Shown here: piece by piece, positions 1 through 13,210 of the stretch
How positions within the stretch are numbered: the first letter of the stretch is position 1
Layout of the letters: the number at the start of each line of letters is the position of its first letter
From: Paraspadella gotoi
Lineage: Eukaryota; Animalia; Chaetognatha
Length of the DNA stretch: 64,000 nucleotides
Direction: 5' to 3'
NCBI GenBank assembly: GCA_051294375.1
Contig: CM119266.1
Coordinates: forward strand, 18,648,087 to 18,712,086
Position numbers and translations under genes: made by a program
Notes under the pieces: model-generated
What the model saw: the letters and a program-made list of their open reading frames with translations, nothing else
Database searches by the model: none
Told to the model about the DNA's origin: nothing

Positions 1-26
1 TGTTTTCATTGATGGAATAAGATCTT

Positions 27-30
<4 letters not shown>

Positions 31-103
<73 letters not shown>
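31..103. repeat. (CT)n microsatellite
   Basis: Perfect dinucleotide run. Others near 663, 3125, 6030, 8725, 22540, 29520, 33570 and 40487. Confidence 0.95.
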
Positions 104-107
<4 letters not shown>

Positions 108-660
108 GGGTAGTTTTTCTTTCCTTTTATTATTTCTTTTTTTCTTTTATTTGCTTCTTTTCTTTCTTTTTCTTTTAATTTCTTTAATCCCCTTTCTCAC
201 GCTGATGGCACTGGGCAAAAAAGGAAACACGCTAAACTTTCTTTTTTTTTCTTTTCCATTTATTTGCCAAATACAATGTGGAGCTTAAATCTGAGAGTTG
301 AAAGTTGGAAACGACTTATGTCTTGTTTGGCTTTTGTCTGTGTTTTTTTAGTTATTTTCTTAGCCACCTTTCGGATTCGAGATTAGTCACTTTTGTATAT
401 ATATTTAATTTATTTATATATACTAGAACTTTCTTTTATTCTTTTAATATTTAAATAAAAACCATTCTCTTATTTAATTTCCTTTCTATCTCAGTCAAAA
501 CCAAATTAAAAATCATCTTTCTTTTCGTCTTTAACGCTGTCATCTCTCCCAAATTTTCGAGGAACATTTCTTAGAAATAGGCCCTTTTCCAATTTCTTTC
601 TCATGGTTTTCAAGCAGTCACAGAAAAATGCACATCAAAAATTCAAAATCTATATTCGTA

Positions 661-700
<40 letters not shown>

Positions 701-1638
701 CTCTCATCTCTCTCTCTCTCTCTCTCTCTTTTCCGGTGTCTCCTCGTTAAACATAGCTCCGGACTGAAATTCTAGTCCATTTATCGAAATTGGAGGAAAT
801 TGAATTCGTTATTCAATTCGGGGTCTGAACTGAAAACCAATTTAATCCAAATGACTAGAACTGACTAGACTAGTCTGCAACGTTTAATGCGTAGATAATT
901 TAGGTTCCTTTAAATGTCATTGGGCACAAGTTTGAAAAATAAATATGTGCTTTGAGACTAATTCTGCATTGTGATCAAATGACACTGAATCAAATAAGTT
1001 TGGATGATTAATCTGTACGTAGTTTTAAACGCGTATCAAATTTCATTAAAGGATCAAGGACGTTGATTTAAAATCTTAATTTTAAGGTTTTGAGACTGTA
1101 ATACTATTAAAAATAGCTTTTATCATTGTGTCGAATAAAATGAATGGTTTGAAAAAAAAAATTGTGAGGGCCGTTTCATTAAAGGTGACGTTATAACGGG
1201 TAGCGTGATACGGGGACACGGCGTGACAGTCCGTGACAGGAAAAGACGTAACGTACCCGCGTGAGGGAACGATAACGTCTGACGCTTTAAATCTTAACTC
1301 GCTTCATGGTGTCAACACTAACTATGGGGTGGGAGCATCAAAGACGGAAATAAAACGGAATTCGCGAAATATTGGTCATTTAATGTTTAATATAATCTCG
1401 GTAGATGGTTCTAAAGTTGGTCGATAACCGCTGATTACTATTTTGTTTATAATCTCTAATTAATCAAATCTTTCTCCTATAGAATCTGTCTCGAGTCAAT
1501 ATTTCATCGTTTAGTAATTAGTACTCAGTCTATCCTTTACACGAAACAGATATGCCTTAAAATTAGTTATTCTAACCTTGATTATTTTTCTCTTTATCAC
1601 CCTCTCTCCCCCCTCTCGCTACCCCCGCCCCCGCACAG

Positions 1639-3121
1639 AGCATGAGCGTGAAGCAAACCACAGTGGAGATGACGAACCTGACAGGCCTCCTTCCCGGCCA
1701 CGCCTACCACATTGAGGTGGTCACGGTTGTCACTCCGACGCTGAAGAGTCAACCGCTTTACATCCAACACTGCACGAGTGAGTCATCATGATGATGATCT
1801 GAATGATGGTGATCATAATGATGATTTTATTAGTGCCATGAAAATCTTACTGACTATGATAATAACGATGATAATGATGACGATAATGATAATGAGGTTG
1901 CGACAATGAAAATGATGATGAAGATAAGGTCAGCTAAGGTGATAACGATGATAATAATTTTGATGATAAAGATTAAAGACAAGAAATAACGATGATTGAG
2001 GAATGATGATGCCGATGCTCTTAACAATGATCGGGAAGATGATGATGATTGTGAGGATAAAAAATGAGCTGAACTACCGCCACTCACCCATTCCTCACCC
2101 TTAGGGCCGCTGCCTCCGTCTTCCCTGGAAGTGAATCGAGTCACAACCGACGCCATCTTCATTTCTTGGTCGAATCCAACATCCGGGAATTTCACTTCCT
2201 TTCATATCACATACTTTCCTTTGCAAAATCCCCAGGTGGGTTGATTTTTATCATTTTTTTAAAATTTCTATATTCTGTTTATTTGGATTTGATTATGTCA
2301 TACACACAAATAAAAAAGTTCATCATTTCAGTTTAGCTATAATCTCATCTCTTTTAAGCTTTTTTCAGCTTATTTCATATCAACCTTTCTTAATCTCCTA
2401 TTCTTTTATCTTATATTTTTAAAAATATTCCTACATTTTCTGTTTTTATCAATATACTATTAATACTATTAATACTATTAATTAATAATTATATTAATAA
2501 TAGATCTCATCTATTTTTATTTTGCGTTATCTCAATCTATCTCAATTAAATTTTCATGTCTTTTTTTCTCTTTTTTTTACGTCACATCTATTTTAATCTC
2601 ATCTCTTCTATTCTCTTCTCACCTCGAATCATGTAATCTGATTCCATCTCATGTGTTTTTTATATCGTCATTTATTTTAACTCATCTTATTTCATCTGAT
2701 TTCTTTGTATCTTAAAAGTATCTCATTTCATCTCATCTATTTTTCACCCATATATTTTTATCTCATCTCATCTCTTTTGACATCATCTCATCTATTTTTC
2801 TCTCATACTTCATCTCATCCCTTTTTCGCCCTAAAAGATCCCGCATGAAATTTATTCCGCCTTCTTTCTTCCCTCCTCAATCACGGGCAAAAACATTTTC
2901 TATAATCTCATTTGCATATCGCGGTTTTTTTCCATTTCCTGTTTTTATCCACTCAATGGGTCGTCATTGAGATTCAAGAATCCATCCATTAAAATTATTT
3001 TAGAAGAGGAAGTTTTTTATAAATAGAAAAAATAAATAAAAAAGGAAATTTAGCAACCAAACAAAAAATAATTTAAACACAAAATATAAACTGAAAACAC
3101 TTTATGATCTGTTTTCATTCG

Positions 3122-3174
<53 letters not shown>

Positions 3175-6041
3175 TGTCTCTCTCTCTCTCTCATTTTCCC
3201 ATCCGCTTTCCTCTAACCCCCAACTGCGGTTCCCTCCTCATCCACTCTATATAAACCATCAAATCGCTTTAAAGTAAATATTCAAAATAAAATTAAAAAA
3301 AAAAGACAAAAAGGAAAACAAATTAAAAAAAAAGATAAAAAATAAGCTCCCCACTTCTGTTCCTTAATTCCAAAATCTAGTACCGCACCTATAATCTAAT
3401 CTCTAACTTTAATCCTAACCCTAATCCCTAACTAGAACTTAATCATCAACCCTTACACTAAACCCAATCCCTAATCTCTAGCCTGAAACCCTAAACCCTA
3501 ACCCTAATCGCAAACTCTACTCCTTAACCCTCACTTCTAACCTAATCTTTAATATAAAACTAATTCATTTTCGAATTTTAAATAAAATCAGGCGTTTTGG
3601 GAAAACGGGGGGGAAAATGGTCCCACGTTATAATTTTATTGTATAAATATTGTCGATAGATTTTTAAAATAAGCAATGAATCGTAAAAAGTCATGAAAGG
3701 TCAGGTTTAATACTTTTCACTAACATATAACAGGATTTAAATTTTTTAACTGGGAGAGAGAATGAGAAAGAAAAATATAAGAGAGAGAGAGAGACAGAGC
3801 GAGAGAGGGAGACATAAAAAAAGAGAGAAAATATTGAACTAATGAATTGCTTGTTTGCGGTTTGCTTTTTTTTTTCCCTCTCTTTTTTTTTAAAAAGCCC
3901 AAGGCTCAAGTTAACGCTTTGAGATAAGAGCGGCTTATAACAAGGATGAAACTAACTTAGACAAATGAACGAAAAAATTTGTCCGTGCGCGAAATTCGAC
4001 AGTCAATTAGTTAAGACAAACAAACAAATTTTTAAATTAAATTTTAAAAGACGAGTTTTGGGGGGAATTTTTGAGTCCCAATTATATAACTTCTGTTAAT
4101 GATAAATATACGTATATACATAGGTCAGATGCTATTGCAGAGTAGAGTATGGTGTTCCCCGATCTAATACTTGAAGGATTGGATTTTTTATCCAATTAAA
4201 ACTTCCTTGAAAACATTATATACCGTTTCATTAATAAAGAAGCCAGGTACTCTGGAAGTTTATAAACTAGGCCGTGAGACAATCTTGAATGAAAGCTTGC
4301 GGCGACTCGCTATGCAATTATCTTGTAAGAGGAATGGCGGCCTTAACCTGAATAAAGTGAGGAGCGAGATAGCTAATTAATTAAATTCTTATTAAATTAA
4401 TATTTTTTTTTAATATTTGTTGTACCAATTTCATAAACTTCTTAACCATTTTCACTCCATCCCTTACCAATTTAACTGACCTTCACCTCACCTTTCTCTC
4501 TCCCCAGGTCTGCCAAACCCAAGAGATTCCCCTCCCTCTCTCATCGCCTCTTCCCCATTCAATCTCGAGCAAATGCCTGACCAACGCAGCCGCCGCCGCC
4601 GCCGCCGCGCAGCCGCCGCCCGTCGACGCCGACGCGATGACGACGACGTCGACGACGACGACGACGACGGCGACGAACGAGTTGGAATCAGAGTCGGACC
4701 CTCTCGGCGTCCACAGCAACAACAACAGCAGCGGAGGCGGAGGAGGAGTCTGCAGCAGCAACAGCAAAACCGTGACGGAGCATAAGATCGAGGGACTCGG
4801 TTCGGGACACGAATATAAGGTAAGTTAAAGGTCAACCGATATGGGTGGGCCGTATTGGGTCAGGGAGGGTAAGCTCACGTCAATCGTGTACAGGGTAAGT
4901 TCCAAATAATTAGGGTCGGGACACAGGATCAAGGCAAAGTTGAGCAGAGTAGTGAATCGTGTAGTAAATCGAATAGAGAAGTAAAGCTGGGTGAGTTCAT
5001 TTGGGTAAGGCCATTAGGACGAGTCGGGGTCAGCTTATTCGAGTGAGAACCGTAATTACGAGGTAAAGTCAATTAGATTAGAATCAAGTTGTCCAGATAG
5101 GGACACGAGTACAGGGTAGGTTAGCATAGGGTGATAAATTGAGTTCAGAAAGAGAGTAAGGGGTTCTCTTACTCACCTTAATTCACCGTTTCTCTTAATC
5201 CTTAACAAACATTAACTTCTCTTTCACCTAATTCACCCCTCGATGTATTTCAAACAATTCTTAGAAATTGTATAGAATTAATTATTAATTTAATGAATAA
5301 CCTCAACTTCCTCCAGACTTTTGACAGACTTAGGGTTGTGTTAAGGCCTTCATCCCTCTAACAATATAATAATATAATGTAATAATATAATGTAATAATA
5401 TAATATAATAAGGTTTCCGCTTTTTCCCTCTCCCACCCCGAAGATCGAGGTGAGGTGTTGCCACAACGGGGAACGCAGCGAAGCCCTGATGGCGGTGGCG
5501 CGGACAGCGCCGAACCCTCCAGCGGCGCTGAGGGTGGAAGGAAGTCGGTGCGATCGGTTGGCGTTGAAGTGGAAGGAGTCGCCAGGGCAGCACTCTTCTT
5601 ACGAGGTGAGGGAGGGTTTGGATTGGATTGATTGATTGGTTGGCTGATTGACTGAATAAATGATTGTTTTATTTAATTTGTATTGATTTAAAAAAATTTA
5701 TTAATAGATTTGACTGAATTGACTGATGGGTGGTCGGTTTTATTACTGGATTTATTGATTTATATGTTTATTGATTTGAATTGATTTGAATTGATTTGAA
5801 CTGATTTGCTTTGCTTAAACTGAATGATAGGTCTCCTACTTCCCTGCGGACTCACCCGCCGATCGCCTCACCCGCTCCGTCGCCGCGGAACACGTGACTC
5901 TTACGAACCTGACGCCCGCGACGCGATACGCGGTCGAAGTGCGCAGCGTTAGCGGCAGACAGAAGAGCCGAGCGGCGCTGGTGACGCACGCCACCCCGGA
6001 AGCTGGACTCTCGCGCCACGGATCGGGTAAAGGGAGAGAGG

Positions 6042-6119
<78 letters not shown>

Positions 6120-6835
6120 ATCCACTCAAGTCCTCGGTCGCCGTCTCTCTTTAATCTTTCTTGATTAAATCTTTTCCAAAGATTTTTTTACGATTTTTCT
6201 CTTTCCCTTTAATTTTTCTCTTTCACCTTCTCACCCTTTTTCTTAATTTATTTTCCTTTTTTTTTCTCTTTCCCATAAATCATGTTTTATTTTCATTTTT
6301 CATTTTATTAATTTTCCCCCTTACCCCTCCCTCTAATTATCCCTTCTTCTTCTTCTCTTCTCACCCTCCCTCCTCTTTCCTCCCTCCTCCTCCCCTCTCT
6401 TCTCCTTCCTCCCTCCCAACCCAGGCTCCACTCTACCCCTCGTCTCCCCGGCCGATTCCGTCGACGCGTCCACCTACGCGCACCTGGCGGCGAACGTGGC
6501 GCTGCAGCTGACGCATCTGCAGAGCGGCGGCGGGGTCGGCGGCGTCCCCAGCGGTCGCGCCTCTCCCGTGGCCGCTGCTGCGGCGGCGGCGGCGGCGCTG
6601 CTGGCGTCGAATCCCGACATCGTGGCGGCGCATTTGCGGCGTCGATCGTCGATGACGCCTTCGACGCCATCGACCCCGCCTCCTGGGATGGCCCCGGGGA
6701 TGGCACTGGGGATGGCACCGGGGATGGCAATGCCGCACTGGATGGAGGGGGCGGCGATGAGGTGAGTGATCCGAGTGATTGATGGATTTATAGATTTTGA
6801 ATTATTATCATTATAATTATTATTATTATTTATTA

Positions 6836-6903
<68 letters not shown>

Positions 6904-8218
6904 TTAATTTATTTTTCGCCTCCAATTCAGACACACACCACATTCAATTTCACAATCTCCCCCTTCCCCCCCCAAATTCTCACCCCCGCCCCAAATTTCC
7001 CCTCTTCCCCAACAGGACGAGCTCGACGCCTCACCGCCACCACCACCACCACCACAAACACCCACCCCCCTCTTCCTCTTCCGCCTATCGCCGCCAACAG
7101 AGGGCGAAGCGAAGTCAATCAGTTCCGCCCGAAATGATGGTGGAAATGAACAGCGCCGCCATGATGGCCCACTACGGGATGAAGAGGGCAAAGGGGGTGT
7201 TGAGGTTGGTTGATTGATTGGTTGATTGGCTTGTAGGTTAAATGATTGCTTTGTTGATTGGTTGGGTTAGTTTATTGGCTGATTGGTTTGGTTGGTTGTT
7301 GTTGGTTGGTTGGTTTGTTGTGTTGGTTGATTGGTTTGATGGTAGAAGAATTGGCCGATTGGTTGCTTCGTTGATTCGTTGTTTATCGTTCGATTGGTTG
7401 TTTGATTCGTTCTTATGCTGCTTTGTTGTTAGATGATCAGAGACACTTTATGAAGAAGACGATTCATCACTATTAATCAACCATTCGAGATAAAAAAACA
7501 AATAAAGAAAACTAAGTTGATTTAAATATTGATTGATACTTTATTTATGTATTTAAACTACATAGAGCAATTACATCCTCTCAACTGTCCTTTCCCCTCC
7601 CTCAAAGTTCCGACTCGGACTGCGGCGCCGAATCAGAACCCGTTTGGCTGCCGGAATCTCGCTTACCCGGCGTCGCCGCACCTTCCGCCGCAGCCGTAGA
7701 CAGCGCCGCCCCGCGTCCGGCGTCGTTCGACCGGCGTCACCCCGAGACGCCGGCGTCGGAGGCGCTGGTAGCTTCGACGATGTCCGAACCGGAAACGAAG
7801 GCGCGAAGATCGGAAACGCGAGCGGGAATGAGAACGACGAACGGTGAGTTGTGATTGGTCAAGGACAGATGAAATCGAAAGATTTGATTGGTCGAGGGGA
7901 AGGGTGGCTTAAAGTGATTCTGATTGGTGGAATGTGTGGCGAAGAGTGATTCCGAATGGCCGAGCGTTATTTGGTTGGAATAGCAAAGACAACGATTTGA
8001 GGATATTTAAAATATAACTTACTATCAGGAGTGGGATTCGAGCCCACGCCCACATTGTGGACTGCGACCTTAGCGCAGCGCCTTAGACCGCTCGGCCATC
8101 CTGACCGCTGATTTGATGTTGCAAATTTAAGGGTGGGGCCGGTGGCGGCTGGTAGAGACAAATATTGTTAGATTCGTACTGTATTAAGATTATTATTATT
8201 ATTATATATATTTATTCA

Positions 8219-8256
<38 letters not shown>

Positions 8257-8722
8257 ACGATTTGTATTTTATTAAACATTTGAGAGAGAAACCCAATTGC
8301 GCGAGAGGTTAAAAGGATGAAGGAATAACAATTTATTTTTCAAAATAAGACAAAAAACTTATTGCGGCCAAGATTTAATTTCAAGCAATAAAAGAAAATA
8401 ATAAAATTATGAAATCGGAGCAACCAATATAAAATTTATCCATTCATTCAATAAATAGGACATCTTCTCCCTAACTTTTGCCATGGCCGTTGGCCAGGAT
8501 ATTTTAGATTATTTTACTTGGATAGTTGGAGATTGATGACTCAGTAAAGATTGATTGATTGATTAATTGTTGATTGTTTAGCGAACCCACGATTAAAGAT
8601 GGACATTAATTATCGGTAAAATGACAAAAAGAATCAAAAATATAGCTTGGGAGAGTGTACTGGCACGAAAAATTATTAGCAATGGGCGAAAAATATAGTT
8701 TTGGCATTGACGTGTATGGGGC

Positions 8723-8768
<46 letters not shown>

Positions 8769-11700
8769 ATGTATTACAACTAAAATACATCTACGTTGAT
8801 ATGGCCCTGGGGAGTGTGGAACCATATTGTATAAATTTTAATTTTAATTTGATAAATTTAATTGATTACCTGAGGTCATTTCTTTATTGCAGAAAGGAGA
8901 AACGCTTCCTCTTGTCATTGGGACCAAAACTCGGAAGAGAGTGTCCATCCACTAATCCATCAATTGCAGAACGGTGAGTCTTTTCAACTTTTGCGAATTT
9001 TTCTTTCCCAGTTTTATCGAAATTTTCCCCCGGCAATTCCGGTTTTAACGAAGAAAAGGCCCGATTTTAAACAGACACTGAGCTTAAAGTGTCCCGAAAA
9101 ATTGAAATAAAACTTATTAGAGAAAAAATTCCTGGAGTAAACCGTTCGATACGGACTTAACGAAGCTAGATTTAATTTTAAAACCGAAAAAAGATAAAAA
9201 ATTGCTGATTTTTTTTCTTTGATTTTATTTTTTTGACCTTCGGTGAGGCGGAAAAAATTTTTAACCTCCGGCCGGTTTATTGTTTTATAAAAAAAACTAA
9301 ATAGTTATCATGACAACTTTCTTTATAGACAGTTAATATATTCTTGTCCAATTTGACTTTCAGATTAAGATCTACATTTTTATGCAAACGTTACGTGATG
9401 CGACAGATGTAAATGTATCATGTGAATGGAAAATATAATTCTTAATGTTTTCTGACAGTCATGTACAGAACGAGAAAACTAACGAGAATAGAAAATATTA
9501 GAAAATAATATTAGAAAATATTCACCAATAATTACGGTTTTAATATAGAAAAAAAAATTACCAAATTTGAGTAAAAGTTTACCGAATTATCGACTCTAAA
9601 ATTTGTATACAAAAATATAAAATAAAAAATAATCTAAAAAAATAGCAGGTGACAAAATTATCGGTCCTTTGAAGACTTCACAATGATTCGATATCTCCTT
9701 TACATCATTCGCTTTTCTTTTCCGCTCCAATACACCATTAATTTTTTTTCTACTCCTATAAAATCATTTCCATTATCTTTTCCGCTCCTATAAAATCATT
9801 TCCATTATCTTTTCCGCTCCTCTAAGATCATTTCCATTTTCTTTTCCACTCCAGCGACGAACCCGACGGGAGCGACGTCGTCCTCGTCGGACGGAGAGTC
9901 TCCCTGCTCCACCACTCCCCTGCTGAGGAAACTCCCGGCGGGAAGCCAGCACCCCAGCTACCTGAACAGACATCACCCTCCCTACGCCAGCCCTTACCAG
10001 ACTCATAACAGGTAAGCCGATCGAAGATAAATTTGGGGTTTTTTTTTTTTTCAATATTATTTTCTAAATGTCCATCTTTGTCCTCTCAGATGTAGCAATT
10101 GTAGCGTCGCTCTCTCTCACAGTCTATAGTCTCATTCTCTTCCACAGAGCTATGTCGCATTCTTTTTCACTGCGCCTTTATGCCTCGTTTACTCCTCCGA
10201 TGTCTCTCTTTTTTTTTTCAGACCACAGTACCCCGTCTCATTATCATTCGCTTATTTCTCTTTCACTGCGCCTTGTCTCATTTCCACCCGCAGTACTATG
10301 TCTCATTCTCCGCCGTTCCCTTCCACAGTGCCACTCTTAACGGCGGCCCGAATCTTCAAACGTTAAACAGTTCGGGCGAATCAACGAAAACGAATTCAAT
10401 CGACGCCGATTGTGGAAGCCTCGTTACGAACGACGGTCACCTGCTCAAAGTAAATAAATATAATATAAATAAATATATAATACGTAATTTGATAAATCAT
10501 TAATCTGTTTATTTTAGTAAACATTTTACCGATTCGTGCTTTTCTTTAAAATTGTTTCTTTATTCTTATTGTCTTTTGTTGATAGAATAGACTTTCGAAA
10601 ATCTGTCAGGTGGGACTTGCGACATCTTGAAACGGATTGCTCTCTCTCTTATCAAGTTTAAAAAAAGTCAAACTTCACAAACTATTCTAAATTTAGTAAT
10701 AATAAATATATCAATATCTTTTAATTTTCAAACAGAAACGTGTTCGCTGAGTTTAAGAAAGGATTTTGACTTTTATTTTTTTTATTTTTTGTGTACAGTT
10801 TCGATAGTGTAAAATAAAACGTGATAAATTTGTGGAACAAATAAAATCAAAGTGGAAAAGATAAATGTTGTAAATAACATCACTCTGACACAACTCTGAC
10901 ATTCTCACGTCACCTTTTAAATTTTCTTCCTCCTTTCACACTTTTTCGAATCATGTCGCTTCACATTTCCCTTTTCACCTCTCACATCTCACACCCATTT
11001 CACAATTCTCACCACCCCTACCTTCCAACCCACAGGAGCTTCCCGCCGTCGACTTGGCCACCCTCGTCGAAACCGTCGGCCTTCTCCAGCATCAGCTGGA
11101 AAAGTTTCACGAAGAATACCGCAGCAGCGGCGGCGGCAGCGGCGGCGCCAGCCCCACCGCCTCGTCCAACCCGGCGGGGCTCTCGGCGGCCGGACAGCCG
11201 CCGGATTTGCCGACCGACGAGGGACGGAAACTCGGCGTCTGCGGCGTCGGTCATCCGTTGCAAGATCGCGCGGCGGAGCGGCTGCCGGGACAGTCGCCAG
11301 GACAAATGGGAGGCGCCGGAGGGAGATTGCCGACAAACGGAGAATCGAGTCTTTATTCGGGTGAGCGGATGAATGAGTGGTCAATGTCACTGGTCAATGT
11401 GGGGCTTGTGGGGTGAATGGCTAGTAGATGAATGTGTGGTCAATGGATGAATCTGTGGTCAGTAAGTAAGTTTGCTGAGTCGATAAATACAGTCCTGTGC
11501 AAAAAAAAGAGGACACCCAAAAACATTATGAAAATAAATCAAGTTAGATTCCTTTAAAATAAAAATATTATAAGTAAATAATATTCATGGAAAAAAGAAC
11601 AATTGGTATAAATTTGGTTAATCCATGGTTATCCGTTACTAAGCAGTGATTTTTTAAAAGTAACTACTCAGTTACAATTACTAAGTACTCAAACAGAATA

Positions 11701-13210
11701 TCAGAGCAGAAAAAAATTAGATATTTTTAACCTTTTATGTTTAAGGTGGAATAGCTCTGGAATGACTGGACCAATTTTTTTTAAAGTTACACATATGGAT
11801 TCCTCTTTCAAAAGTTTTTATTCCTCATTTACAATTTTTTAAAAAATATAAATACAATGCTTATATTAAGGCTAAAAAGTATTTTTAGTTTTTAGCAGAT
11901 CTTTAAAAATGGTTTTTTGAAGCGACTCAAATGACGAATGTTTTTGAACACTTGTCTTTCAGGAGCTATAGCTCTTGAACGCTTGGACCAATTTTCTTTT
12001 AACTTACACATATGGATTTTTTAAAATCCTTTTTTTTAAAAAAAATCTATTTTTATCATTCATAAATTTTTATAATATGTGTGTAAAACGAGCGCAACTT
12101 AAGTTTGAAGAGTATCCTATTTTTTTTGCACAGGACTGTATGTGGTGAGTAGATTAATTAACTTTGAATGGATCTCTTGTGTAGGATTATATCCACAGTC
12201 AAATGATTCAAAAGTGAGTAGATGAATCTATTGGGTAGCTGAATTGAATGAAAGAATGAATCAATGGTGGGTTAATTCATCTGTGATGACCCGGCGTGAA
12301 TTCATGATGAGTAAAATTAGATTAATGACCTTTTTAAGAAATAGAATTTATATTAAACAAAATTAAAATTGACCTCCAGTTGTGGTTCCATCGCCGATCA
12401 GAGCCTCGATACCGCCGCCATCAAAGAACGCCCACCGAGGACAACGGACCAATGGACGGGGCATCAACGTCGGGAAAGGTAAGTTCGAGGGTAAGGTCGA
12501 CATTGATTTAATTCAATGATATAAACTGAAATTAAATACGTGTAGGAAAAGATAGGGTTTTGAAAAAAATTTCGTTTACTTAGGTCCTAATATATACAGC
12601 TGATTAATTTTCAAATTTTTCTTCTTCCACAGGCCAACGCATGAGCCTCCGACGCAACCGTGCTCGATCCCAATCTACTTCGGCAGCGTTCGACGTCGGC
12701 ATCGGCGGCGTAGGCGGCGGCGTCGGCGGCGGCGTCGGCGCAGCAGGACATCTGCTGGCAGCGGCGGGCGGCGCTGCGTCGTCGTCCGGCGGAGAAGACA
12801 TCGGCGGCGCCGTCGGCAGCGCAACTAACAGGAGCAATCATGGGCATTATGGGTAATTATGCGGGGTAACGCTTCATGCTTTTTAGTTTTTTAAATTCTT
12901 AATGATTGCTTGTAACGCAATAAGTCCTCAATTGTAGCCTCCCCTTCAAAGTCTGACTGCTTGTCTTCCTGCCAGAACCTGATTGCTTCTCTATCTTCCA
13001 ATCCATGTCCGCAGCTTGTCCGCTTTACGCCCTGCCTAACCCTAAAAGCTTTCCAAAAGATGATAGCTTGCCAGAGCCTCTATTGCTTGGTTTTTTTCTC
13101 AATCCAGATACCTGCTCCGGAATCATCTTGAGGAGGGGAGTGACGAAGGGATCGAAGCGGGAGACGAGACGGAGGAGAGCATCTCCGAGGATCCTCACGA
13201 GGAGGTTTGA
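1639..13210 (+). CDS. Multi-exon gene (5' end outside window) encoding tandem fibronectin type III repeats followed by a long low-complexity tail
   Basis: GT-AG exons at about 1639-1777, 2105-2235, 4508-4819, 5444-5605, 5831-6026, 6425-6761, 7016-7204, 7608-7843, 8893-8973, 9855-10011, 10329-10449, 11036-11360, 12380-12478, 12633-12852, 13108-13210. FN3 signatures LTGLLPGHAYHIEV, RPLPPSSLEVNRVTTDAIFISW, IEGLGSGHEYKIEV, LTNLTPATRYAVEV. Ends ...DPHEEV*. Reading frame is not fully reconcilable between about 7200 and 10000. Confidence 0.75.
3395..3550 (-). repeat. Degenerate interstitial (TTAGGG)n-like tract
   Basis: Multiple CCCTAA/CCTAA units on the + strand. A similar tract on the other strand lies at 45490-45660. 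Confidence 0.65.
6808..6903. repeat. (ATT)n microsatellite
   Basis: Trinucleotide run in an intron. Confidence 0.9.
8023..8105 (-). tRNA. tRNA-Leu(AAG), intronic and antisense to the FN3 gene; possibly a variant or pseudogene
   Basis: Reverse complement GTCAGGATGGCCGAGCGGTCTAAGGCGCTGCG-CTAAGGT-CGCAGTCCACAATGTGGGCGTGGGCTCGAATCCCACTCCTGATA. Cloverleaf with long variable arm, anticodon AAG, T-loop CTCGAAT instead of TTCGAAT, G-T at pair 1:72, T-run shortly downstream. Confidence 0.85.
11490..12138. mobile_element. Tc1/mariner-type MITE
   Basis: Terminal inverted repeats CAGTCCTGTGCAAAAAAAA..AGGA and TCCT..TTTTTTTGCACAGGACTG flanked by TA on both sides. Internal ~50 bp direct repeat near 11752 and 11968. 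No ORF. Confidence 0.85.

Noticed and set aside
8067-8073. CTA in the tRNA loop as an amber suppressor anticodon
   Set aside because: The stem register places AAG at positions 34-36.
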